Assembly (NCBI RefSeq): GCF_011386835.1
Contig: NC_088792.1
Location: 240,126,001 to 240,190,000, forward strand
Length of the DNA: 64,000 nt
Reading direction: 5' to 3'
From: Chrysemys picta bellii
Taxonomy: Eukaryota
Positions within the stretch are counted from its first letter, which is position 1. Every line of letters starts with the position of its first letter. Below are positions 46,101 to 56,262 of this stretch, in pieces. Made by a program: the position numbers and the translations under genes. The notes under the pieces are model-generated. The model worked only from the letters and a program-made list of their open reading frames with translations. It searched no databases and was not told the DNA's origin.

Positions 46101-48926
46101 CTGGGCATGGGGCATTAGGGGTGTGGGCTCCGGCTGAGCGGTGCTTATCTCAGGCGGCTGCTGGTCGGCAGTGCAGCGGGGCTAAGGCAGGCTCCCTGCC
46201 TGCCCTGGCTCCATGCTGGTCCTGGAAGCAGCCGCCATGTCCGGCTCCTAGGTGGAAGGGCCAGGGGTCTCTGTGCGGTGCGCGCTGCCCGCGCCAGCAG
46301 CTCCCATTGGACACAGTTCCTCACCAATGGGAGTTGCAGAGCTGGTGCTGGGGGAAGTGCACAGAGCTTCCCTGATCGCCTCTGCTCCTAGGAGCCACAG
46401 GGACATGCCGGTTATTTCCGGGAGCTGGAGCCAACTCTAACTTTCCCCCACAGCGGGGCAAGCCGGCGCTTGCGGCTCCAGCCCAATGGGGGGGGGGCGC
46501 CAAGGCTCGGGGCCTCTGGCCGGCAATGCAGAAACTTGCCATGGGCCAGATTAAATGAAACAATGGGACGGCTCCAGCCCACAGGCCTGGATTAAAGGAT
46601 TAGAAAGCCTGCCTTCTAATGATAGACTCAAGGAGCTCAAACTATTTAGCTTAACAAACAGAAGGTTAAGGGGTGACTTGATTACAGTCTACCAGTACCC
46701 ACATGGGGAATAAATATTTGATAATGGGCTATTTGATTTAGCAGAGCAAAGTATAGCCTAGTCCAATGGCTGCAAATTGAAGCTAGCAAATTTAGACTGG
46801 AAATAAGGTGTACATTTTTAACAGTGAAAGTAATTAACCATTAGAGAAATTTACCAACGTGGATTCTCCATCGCTGAAAATTTTTAAATCCAGATTGGAT
46901 GTTCTTTGAGCAGGGGGTTGGACTAGATGACCTCTTGAGGTCCCTTCCAACTCTGATATTCTATGATTCTATGATTCTTCTAAAAGATTTGCCTAAGGAA
47001 TTATTTTCAGGATGTTCTTTCTATGTCCTGTGTTACATAGGAGCTCAGACTAGATGATCACAATGGTCCCTCCTGGCCTTAGAATCTATGGGTCTATGAA
47101 TCTGTGATTTAACTCTGAGTAATCAGCCAGAATAATACCCAGCAGGTAAACGCAGGCACATATATTCATACAAAATAATACAGACATCTTCCTCATTCCC
47201 CACACACTACTTTTAATACCTTCCTCATAAAGTTTACTACAAGGTGCCCAGAAAGAGTTTTAAATAGACATGGGTACCTTGCACTTCAGAATGCACTTTA
47301 TGAGGCAAAATTAAAAGTATGGCTTAGACAGTCTCCTTTGTGTGACCTGATCATGGTAAGGGCTCATTTATTCATTGCTTGCAGTCTTACCTATGTTGGA
47401 TAAAGCTCTACCAGTGACTGACCAATGAATGGAAAGCCAAACACAAACGAGGCTTTGTGTTTTGGGGGAATCATTATTAGTTAAGCCCTTTGTTCCCACA
47501 AAGGACAGAGACAAACCGATCCCTTCAGAGTTTATGCCTCAAAAAGCCTGTATTTGAGAAAGATTGCAGCACCAAAACAAGCTGAAACAATTTATTAGGG
47601 GAGATCTGGTGAGCTTTTGAGACATTCCTAGAAAAAACATAAAGGGCAATCAGGGGGGGAGCGTATAGGTTTGTTCAAATCTGGGTTACATTGTGCCTAA
47701 ATCACCACATTTTGGGAGAGGGCTTGGCTTATAATTGCAAGTCCTTTAATAAAGTTTTATGTAGAGCAAACAGCCATGTCTCAGAATGGTGTCAGCAGCC
47801 TTGGAGGCAGACTGTAGAAACAAGACAGCAATTGTCAATTGGTACTAGGGAATCAGTGATGTCACTGTCATCAGGGATGGCTCCAGGCACCAGCACAGGA
47901 AGCAGGTGCTTGGGGCGGCCAATGGAAAGGGGTGGCACGTCTGGGTGTTCAGCTGGGAATTCGGCAGTGGGTCTCTCAGTCCCTCTTGGAGGGAAGGACC
48001 GGCCGCCGAATTGCCGCCGAAGAATGAAGCAGCACAGTAGAGCAGCTGCCGAAGTGTCGTCGATCGCGTCTTTTTTTTTTCCCCTCTTCGCCGCTTGGGG
48101 CAGCAAAAAAGCTGGAACAGGCCCTGACTGTCATGATACTGTCATATTTGAGGTATGAGAAGTGTTTGGTAGTACTATTAAGGAGAACCCAATATTAGGT
48201 TATTGCAAAAATGATGCTCATTTTAATTGATTGGCTCTATTTGGCAACTGAACATGTACCATCACTTTTCCTCTTATTTGCAGTGGCTTCTTCCAACTCT
48301 TGGCTTAGTTGAAGGAGGTCTTGGTATTTTAACAGGATTTGGGGTTTTGATGGTACTATCATGTCCACATTTTACAAGTATAGCAATTTTCCAGGACAAA
48401 AGCAAAAATGTAGCCATTGAAACAAAATCAATGCAGAAACCCCACATCTTTATATGTTATCTCAAGAAAGGATTCAGGGAGTGGGAATCATCTTTAACAC
48501 AACCACCTCTGGCTAGAATATGCACAAATGAATTACTAATTAAATTACTTTATACATATCATAGGCTTTTTTCAAGTGTAACAGATTATCTGGGCAATTC
48601 CCAGGCAATGGAGGATCAGTACCTGCAGTGTCATTTCGAGTCCACTATAGTGGTGAAAGTCTTAATCAAAAAGGAGTGTCACCACTTCCCATAGCCTCCT
48701 CTACTGTCTCATAGTGGTCGCCCTTTTGTGCTTGCAAGTGACAAGAAAGCAACAGATCCCCAGATTATTTCTATTTAAAACAGTGTATATTAAAGAGAGA
48801 AAGGGCACTTAAAATTAAAAGAAAATGCATTCAAACCCTGTAATATTTCTTACCTAATTCTTTCATGTATGCATCAAAGTTTTCACATGAGGTTGATTTC
48901 CAGGTTCCCAGGAGATGATCAACCAT
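40145..48926 (-). CDS. FABP12: FABP12-like fatty acid-binding protein (paralog F), 132 aa; complement(join(48854..48926,43001..43173,41334..41435,40145..40195))
   Basis: [135 protein letters not shown]-x-SCEN, TKS-x-FKNNEISF and E-x-TP match recalled mammalian FABP12 diagnostics. AATAAA 40071-40076(-). The gene model is firm; the symbol is less certain (about 0.65). Confidence 0.9.
40422..40739. mobile_element. hAT MITE in F intron 3
   Basis: CAGGGATCAACAACC...GGTTGCCAATTCCTG, perfect TSD TGTTAAAG. Confidence 0.87.
40800..41125 (-). mobile_element. CORE-SINE (MIR-like) in F intron 3
   Basis: TTATCCCACTTTACAGTTGAGGGAACTGAAGCACAGAGAG..AAGTAACTTGCCCAA. Confidence 0.65.
41334..41435 (-). CDS. 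FABP12: FABP12-like exon 3 (coding)
   Basis: 102 nt, TTCTTCAG acceptor, GTGAGT donor. Confidence 0.93.
41659..41800 (-). mobile_element. CR1 3' end fragment in F intron 2
   Basis: Reverse complement of the CR1 3' UTR (ACATAAGAACGGCC...GGTCCATCTAG). Confidence 0.75.
42245..42680 (-). mobile_element. CR1 ORF2 fragment in F intron 2
   Basis: ORF 42326-42649: [13 protein letters not shown]...[24 protein letters not shown]. Confidence 0.88.
43001..43173 (-). CDS. FABP12: FABP12-like exon 2 (coding)
   Basis: 173 nt, TTACAG acceptor, GTGAGG donor. Confidence 0.93.
44208..44495. mobile_element. hAT-like MITE
   Basis: CAGGAG...CCCTG termini, TSD TCTTCTGG/CCTTCTGG. Confidence 0.65.
45170..45403. 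mobile_element. hAT MITE
   Basis: TIR CAGGCCCGCTGAC / GTCGGCGGGCCTG, 8-bp TSD TTTATCAA/TTTATTAA. Confidence 0.8.
45897..46589. mobile_element. hAT-like MITE
   Basis: GC-rich insert starting AGGGGTGGGGAACC, flanked by the duplicated GATTAAAGGA of the host CR1. Confidence 0.7.
47872..48126. mobile_element. hAT MITE in F intron 1
   Basis: CAGGG...CCCTG termini, perfect TSD ACTGTCAT. Confidence 0.85.
48854..48926 (-). CDS. FABP12: FABP12-like first coding exon
   Basis: 73 nt coding, donor GTAAGA. Confidence 0.9.
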
Positions 48927-49599
48927 TTTGTCCGATTTAGTGGAGCGCTCTGTCTGAAGGGGAAAAAAAAACAACTGCTTTAATGGCCTGATCCAAAGCC
49001 CAGTGAAGTCAATGTGAGTCTTTCCAATAGCTTCAGTGGGGTTTGGATTAGCCACTAAGCATGTGGTGTGTAATGCACAGGGAGTAATATCTTGTTTTTA
49101 ATATGCCTTGAATATGTGCTAATCAGGGCAGAACAGTGTCTTCAGAAACCCCCATTACTAACCCTTCACATTTATCCCAGCATTTCCATGCGAAGACAAT
49201 CATCATCACATAATGAACTTTTCAAATCCAATAGGGAAAAGCAGCCTGGCTGAGCACTAATGAAACACAGCTGCAAAAACAAAAGGGAGCAAAGTTTCTG
49301 CAGCAGGAATGGATCTGCTTCCTGCTTCCTCACTTCGCCCCAAACGGCATAAAATCTCACAATGAAACACACATTTGTCTTGTCTTATTGGTTAATTGTG
49401 GATTGCTTTGGGGGGGTTGGATATATTGGGCTGGATTCTCAGCAGAGGTAAGTGCTCCTCTGGTCATAGGGGTGAACGTAATTTAGAGCAGACTCGGGAC
49501 TCTTCTAATTTACACTGGCTGGATCAGTGACCTGGGTGGCCCAGGGAAATGAGGGGATTAAGAGAGAGACCTTGAGGAAAGGGCCTTGGAGAGGGGGAA

Positions 49600-49890
49600 A
49601 ATGTAAGAGGGACTTAGCGATGGGACAGTGGAGGTGAAGCTGGTGTGCCACATATTTGTGAGTTTAGATGTGGTATATCAAGTCTTAAAGTTTGAGGTGT
49701 GATGCAGAAGAGAGGGACAGGAGTAGAAATGAGAGGTGGGAGAGAGGAGAAGTTATGTTTTTGAGATATTGACTTCATGCTGATGACATTCAGGAAGAAA
49801 TGTCTGAAAGACAGTGGCAGATGAGAGTGAACAGAGGATGAAAGCTCTGAGGAGAGGAAGGAGAGTGGTAGAGATGGTAGCTGAGGCCCA
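49600..49890 (-). mobile_element. Probable old L2-like LINE fragment
   Basis: Purine-rich plus strand resembling the reverse complement of an L2 ORF2 3' region. Confidence 0.35.
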
Positions 49891-52800
49891 GCTAATCAAA
49901 GCTATTTAGATATCTAACTCTCATTGATATTGATCCTGAATTCCTTTGAGGATCTGAAACTGAAGGCCCAAAAACAGATGAGGTAAATCATGGATACTGG
50001 AGCCTGATCTTTGAAACCCTCACATTGGGTCAACAGCAATTTTTAGCCCTGCAGCCTGGGCCCCCTGGGCTCAAGTCAGCCATGCCACGGGCCTTTTATT
50101 CCAGTAGAGGCCAGTCTGAGAGGCAGCTTTGCACGGTTCCTGGAGATGCTGCTGCTAAGGGTTGAAATATTTAAAATAAGCTTAAAATAAATAACACAGC
50201 AGGACCTACCTTTTGCTAATGTGTTTTGATTTAGGGTTCTGAGCCTGCTTCTCTTTCCCTGCAGGCATCCAAGGGGCAGGACACGGGGAACCTGCCTACA
50301 ACTCCACTGACCAGTAGGTGAGAAAGTGCTGGCTCACATCCATATGCAGCTGGCAGTTGGCACTGACAACTGTCAAAGAGCCTTTAGTCATGGCAGTGGT
50401 ACAATGGGATTGGCAAGCAGTTGGTGTTCTCCAACCAATCACTGCACTCTAAGTCACAATGCTTCTGAACTTCACCTTTTTGCCTGGCTGCTGAGAAGGC
50501 GAGTGAAGCAGGTTTGTGAGTGAGATTCATGAAAACAGACTGAAGGGAAAGTAAATTTGCCAGATACAATTACCTACGTTACCCTTTATTATTGTTTTCT
50601 TTAGCCTAAATTATTGCTCACTGTTAGGAAAAAGTGACTCCGTGATTCTTTACCATCATCACATGACACATACGACTCTTCAGTCCGTTTTCGCTCTCTC
50701 TAGGGCCGCTGACACAATATATAATATCAGAGTACCTGAAACTCTACCTCTCAACCTCCAATGTACTACACATCTAACCAACGCCAGTGTGGAAAGCGGA
50801 GACAGCCACAGTGCTAACAGTGCACCACTGGGCCAGACTGGCTGCATTCTAAAGTTTGACATAGACAACGATGTTTTCAAGGGGTCATTCCAGACTAGTG
50901 GTAGATTGCTAAAGACATCCAGAGGGTTATTTTTTTTTATTGCTATCAGGCTGTTTATTCATCCTTGCTCTCTGCTACCATTGAAACTCTATCATTCCCT
51001 ATATGCTATGTTGAATCTGCAGGGTTGTTTATAATCACTGAGGCTGTTGTTACAGTACTATTTTCTTGGGAATTACCTTGACGTTTTACTCTAACACATA
51101 GAACACATCAGGCCAGCCCTGGTGTAACACCTTGAGTTCGCTGGAGTTACAGCAAGGATAAATTTGGTCTGTCGGCTCTGAGGTCTAGGAGTTTGTGTTA
51201 ATTTTGTAACTGGGGAGCTGTGGGTGGGTGGTCCTGTTCAGCAATTACTCTGCGATGTCAGTACACCAACATACTTCTCATGCCTGTGTGTCTGGCTTTT
51301 GTAGGATCTCTGGAGTGTAATAAGAACTGTTATAACAGTTTAACACTTCATACTGCAGGACTGTCACCCCATGACTCTTTGTGAGGTGACATGGGAATCA
51401 AGGGTGCGTTGAAGCTTAAACCATATGCTCTATATCTCTCTGGCGATATTATTAGCCAGTTATGCAGGCTAAAAATGTATAATTTATTGTGGCACAGTCT
51501 GCAGTGCCTTTACATTTCTCTAATCTTCTTTTCACTAAATCCTTTTCCTAAACAATTACTTAGGAAAGAAAATGGTACTGGGTAGAGCAGGATTAAAATA
51601 ATGAGTGTATGAACCAACTGGGACTGAAGAAAATGAAGATATCTCACAGATATAAGAGTCACTAAGGCTCAGATTTACTTCTGCTGACCAGGATTAGAGG
51701 ATAAAAAATGGTCCACATTTGAAAATCTGCAAATATTTTATCTAGGGCTTCCCTCCCCCACCAATGAGAAATACATAACGAAACGTTTAGTTTTAGAGAG
51801 TTTGAGAGACTTGGTGAAGTTATTCAAGACTGCTCTGAAACCGAAGAGCTTTTAAAATAAATCTGAACAAGAGGGTGTATGGGTGAGCGAGTCGCCATAT
51901 GCATATTTAAAATATGTGTCATCTAATAGTTATTAAAGATTAAAAATGACAGTCTGAGACATTGGGAAACTCCTCTATGGAGGCAAGTACCATTAGTGGG
52001 AAAGGGCTTGTAGGCTTAAGAGCTTACTCATGGTCAATGGAGAATTTAAAAGTGAGAAACAGTTAAGGCTGTGATTAATAGTAAATACGATGTTTTAAAA
52101 ATCCATTTAGTAGAGCCTGAAAGCTGTCAAAAAGGTGGCTGGGGTGCGTGGGGCTAATCATTATTAGGGCATCTGAAATTACGAAAAAATTGGGAGTCGC
52201 AAATATATAGAAAGAAATACAGAAAGTCATAGGATCACATTATTTTGTGCAAAATATCCTTTATTTTGAAAAAAAAATCCCAGGTGACTCTCCCATTCTG
52301 GACAGGACATTGTACACATTCATGGAGAGATCTTGCTCAGTTGCAGGCTGACTGAGGCAGAAAAGATAATGATTTATTATGAAAACAATTTTTTTAGCTG
52401 AATGTATTTCCAATATGCCTGCACAAATGTAGTTGCAAAATTTGTATATTCATCACAGTACATGTGAAAATTCACATTTGTGCATACAAAACCAGTAATT
52501 GCCACCATGACATTTTTGCACAAAGTACAGATTCTCTTTCTCTCTTTCTCACACACACATAGCATAGGTGCTGACTCCAGGGGTGTGGGTTCTGAGCACC
52601 CACCGGCAGCCCCGTATCAGCCTTCCAGCCCGACATTTCTATGATTCCATGAGCCTCTCCGCTTTCATTTTAAAACAAAGTTTCTAGCACTAATGGTTAT
52701 ACAAAACGTTGGAAAATGGGCACCCTAAAAACTCAAAAACCAGCAGGGAAATAAAAGAACCCCGAATCTATTACTTTTGAAAATCTCATTTTTAAGTCAG

Positions 52801-53986
52801 TCTTATGGGGTCTGACTCATGATTTTTGCATGCTTGGTGGCAGCAATACGGAGCTGCCTGTTAAAACAGAAGAAAATGTTGAGAGGTCCCACTACATTAA
52901 AATGGCTATTGTTTAAGTGTGATGACCATCATCTTAGTTATCTCTGGTGACTGAAGCTGGTCATCCAGAGCTAAAGTATGAGCCTCTGCAGTTTGAAATG
53001 GCAAACGTATCTGTACTTCTGCCCTACTGAACATAACCCTAGATTATTCCAACCTCTCAATAGCCTTAAAAGTCTCTATAAATCACAATCACCTTCTGCC
53101 CGACTCAGTCTAAATTTAACAGTAGTATTGCAAACCTTGAGATTAACAATTCAATCCGTTCATGAATATGAATGATGTAGTGGGACACAGATACTAGAAA
53201 ATTGCATCACTCACCTTTAGGACTACCTCCCTGATTTCTCTGCCTAAGGGCTGATGGCTCTTGCAGCCTGTGGGCTAGTCTCCTTCCTCAAAGCTATGCT
53301 AGGCCCTGGGCCTTGCTGTTCAGAACCAGCCCACAGCTTTCACTTGGCACTTGTAGAAATGGCTCCCCCTGCTGCTCAAGAAGCCTGACCTCCACTCTCT
53401 GCACAGATGACACATACAGAAATATTTGTGGGGGCTCCTTAAAAAATATTGCCTGTACTGGTTAAGCTTGACTGTCTGGTTCTGAATGAGAAACCAAAAT
53501 TTGGAGTCCTATTCCCAAGATTCATGCTTCTCTACTTCGTTCATCAAGGGAAGAGGTATTCTTAGATGTTCAAAGGGATATGAAAAGACCATGGCCGGAC
53601 TTTCAGAAATAGAAAGAGCTTCCATCAGATGTTCACTCGCTTCCATCAGATGTTCACTGTGTCTAAAATGGCATGCTGGGTATGCACTAGGTCTGTGGGA
53701 TGAATCATAGTATTTCCAATCCCAAGTATTCAAAAATCATGTATCAGGCCCCACAAAATCATGAGATAGACTTAAAATCATTATATAAAAAAACAGTCAT
53801 GTTACAGTTCAAACCAATGTAAACAAAAATAAATAAAACTATACATAGAGGCACAATGCAAGGTGACAGAGAAAGAATCATTATATATATTTCTGACTGT
53901 TTTTTGTCAAAACAATTAACCTCTTTCCTGCTGAAACCAAGTGCATGTCGGTTACTTTATATTTGCCTTCTCGTCTCTGAGCCTTT

Positions 53987-54281
53987 GGGTATGTCCAGAC
54001 TACCTGCCGTATCGGCGGGTAGCGATCGATTTATCGGGGATCGATATATCGCGTCTCGTTAAGACGCGATATATCGATCCCCTAACGCGCTCCCCGTCAA
54101 CTCCGGAACTCCACCGGAGCGAGCGGTGGTAGAGGAGTCGATGGGGGAGCTGCGGCCGTTGATCCCGCGCCATGAGGACGGGAGGTAAGTCGGAATAAGA
54201 TATGTCGACTTCAGCTACGGTATTCCCATAGCTGAAGTTGCGTGTCTTACATCAACACCCCCTCCTAGTGTAGACCAGGCC
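53987..54281. mobile_element. PIF/Harbinger-type MITE (CpG-rich)
   Basis: GGGTATGTCCAGACTA...TAGTGTAGACCAGGCC termini, internal palindromes. Confidence 0.7.
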
Positions 54282-55009
54282 TTAAAGTTCACTTGTTTTG
54301 AATTTCCAAGTTGTTCTCTGCCATCATGAGGGCTAGACACTTACTTTTCTTCTCAAATAGAAGGTTGTAATCCCAACAGTCCAGGAGCTGCTGCTTCAAG
54401 AAAACCCCCAAACATCATGAGATGCATGATAAAATTGTGAGAGTTGGCAACACTGGAATCATACCTCAAATGCTGCCCTTGCATACAGTACTTGAAATAT
54501 GCCTTTTGTAGTGCTGTATTTTTCAATGTGCATCTCGCTTATCACAACATTCCTTTACATTCTGATGCCAACTCTTAAAAGAACTCCACCACAGGCAGGG
54601 TTGCCCTTGGTTTCAGCAAAAACAAGATTAACCTTTGACGAAGAACAGTCATTTTACAGTTCAAACTAATGTACAAAAAATAAATAAAACCACAAACAGA
54701 GGCATAAAACAAGGTTACAGGGAAAGGACATGGGTTGTTATGAGTAAGTTATATAAGAATTAAATCACATATGACAAGTAAAAAGCACAGTGGGGTGAGA
54801 GCTGGGGTGAGTTCATTTTGAAACTTTAGTTGCATATTTGTTCTATTACAGTGATTTTCAACCTTTTCAACCTTAGACATAATCTGTGGACTCCCAGCGG
54901 TCTGCGGACCAGAGGTTGAAAACCATGGTTCTGTGAGAATCTTAAAGTGATGCAATTTCATCAGGGAAATTCCGATTAACATGCAGCTGTACCTATACAT
55001 AACACAGTA

Positions 55010-55225
55010 TCAGAGGGGTAGCCGTGTTAGTCTGAATCTGTAAAAAGCAACAGAGGGTCCTGTGGCACCTTTAAGACTAACAGAAGTATCGGGAGCATAA
55101 GCTTTCGTGGGTAAGAACCTCACTTCTTCAGATGCAAGTAAGAAGAGAAGGTTCTTACCCACGAAAGCTTATGCTCCCAATACTTCTGTTAGTCTTAAAG
55201 GTGCCACAGGACCCTCTGTTGCTTC
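55010..55225. mobile_element. Penelope pseudo-LTR insertion as a 75-bp inverted repeat, with 15-bp TSD
   Basis: Arms 55046-55120 and 55149-55223 are 74/75 complementary. TSD ATACATAACACAGTA at 54995-55009 and 55226-55240. Confidence 0.8.
55095..55135 (-). ncRNA. Minimal type I hammerhead ribozyme motif (PLE-associated)
   Basis: GCAU-CUGAAGA-A-GUG[AGGUUCUUACC]CAC-GAAA-GC-U-U-AUGC: core CUGANGA and GAAA, stem I GCAU/AUGC, palindromic AGCU stem III. Confidence 0.65.
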
Positions 55226-55299
55226 ATACATAACACAGTAAAGCTACCGACAATTTACTGTATTCAGTGCAACCCACATATAACAGTCAGTTTCCACAC

Positions 55300-55530
55300 A
55301 AGATTCATAGATTTTTAAGGTCAGACGGGACCATTAGGACCATCTAGTCTGACCTCCTCCATAAAACAAACCGTAAAACCTTACCAGTAATTTCTGCATG
55401 AAACCCATAACTTTTAATGTAGCTAAAGCATATCTTTTAGAACAACACCCAATGTTGATTTAAAGACTTCAAATGATGGCAAATCCACCACAAGCTTAGG
55501 TACGTTGTTCAAATGGATAATTACCCTCGC
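55300..55530 (-). mobile_element. CR1 3' end fragment
   Basis: AGATTCATAGATTTTTAAGGTCAG..GACCATCTAGTC is the reverse complement of a CR1 tail. Confidence 0.7.
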
Positions 55531-55547
55531 TGTGAAACATAAACCTT

Positions 55548-56262
55548 TGGTATCAGAGGCCTGGTATGAGGCCTGAGGCCTGAACCAAAGGCATGGTTAA
55601 GACTTTGCTAACATAAAGCAAAGTTAAGCTGTGAACTAGAGGCAGGCCCTGCTCACAAAAGTTGGCAAGAGGAAGGCTGCTAATTGGATGTATACACATA
55701 TCTAAAGGGTATCAAGCACTAATAGGATAAACATGGACCAGGATGGCACCAGAACAGTCCGGTACAAACACATTCCACAGAAATAATGACCCATCCTAAA
55801 AGACAGGGTCAAAAGGATAATATGATGGATAGACTTGTTTGTTCAAACCAACATACCAGGAGAAAGGCAGCACCCCAATATGCAGAGGGGTTTTACCTCA
55901 ATACATCAGGAGTGATGTGTAACTTGTTTGTACCTGTGTATAAGAATGCATCCCTGGGTCAGTGTCTTTGTCCAGCCTAGGGGGCAATGGAGTGTCCCAC
56001 CACTGACTGAGCTCTGTCCATTGTCAGGGAGCACGTATTCGTAGTATGGCCTTAGAGTCTGCTGGAAACTATTACTGTGCTTCGTTTGACAATAAACATG
56101 GCCGGGTGTCCTCGTACCTTATCGGAGTCTGTGGTCTCTTGGGGTCTGCGGTGCCAGCGATCTGCAGAGCCGGGGCAGCACACAGAGGGAACACACGCAC
56201 ACAGCCGACTGTTATCAACATTGAACAAGAGCAGAGCACCATACCGGTGACATCTGACGACA
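55548..56262 (+). mobile_element. Probable solo LTR
   Basis: TG...CA bounded, TATA-like TGTATAAG near 55937, AATAAA 56091-56096. No clear TSD seen. Confidence 0.55.

Larger units (their letters stand above)
44690..47110 (+). mobile_element. CR1 LINE in F intron 1 with three nested insertions
   Basis: RT motifs (DLCKAFD, IKLANDT), two hAT MITEs and a second CR1 3' tail (46905-46978, ATTCTATG repeats) inside. Confidence 0.85.

Noticed and set aside
50642-51034. 130-aa ORF
   Set aside because: Non-ATG start, no recognisable domain and no supporting splice structure.
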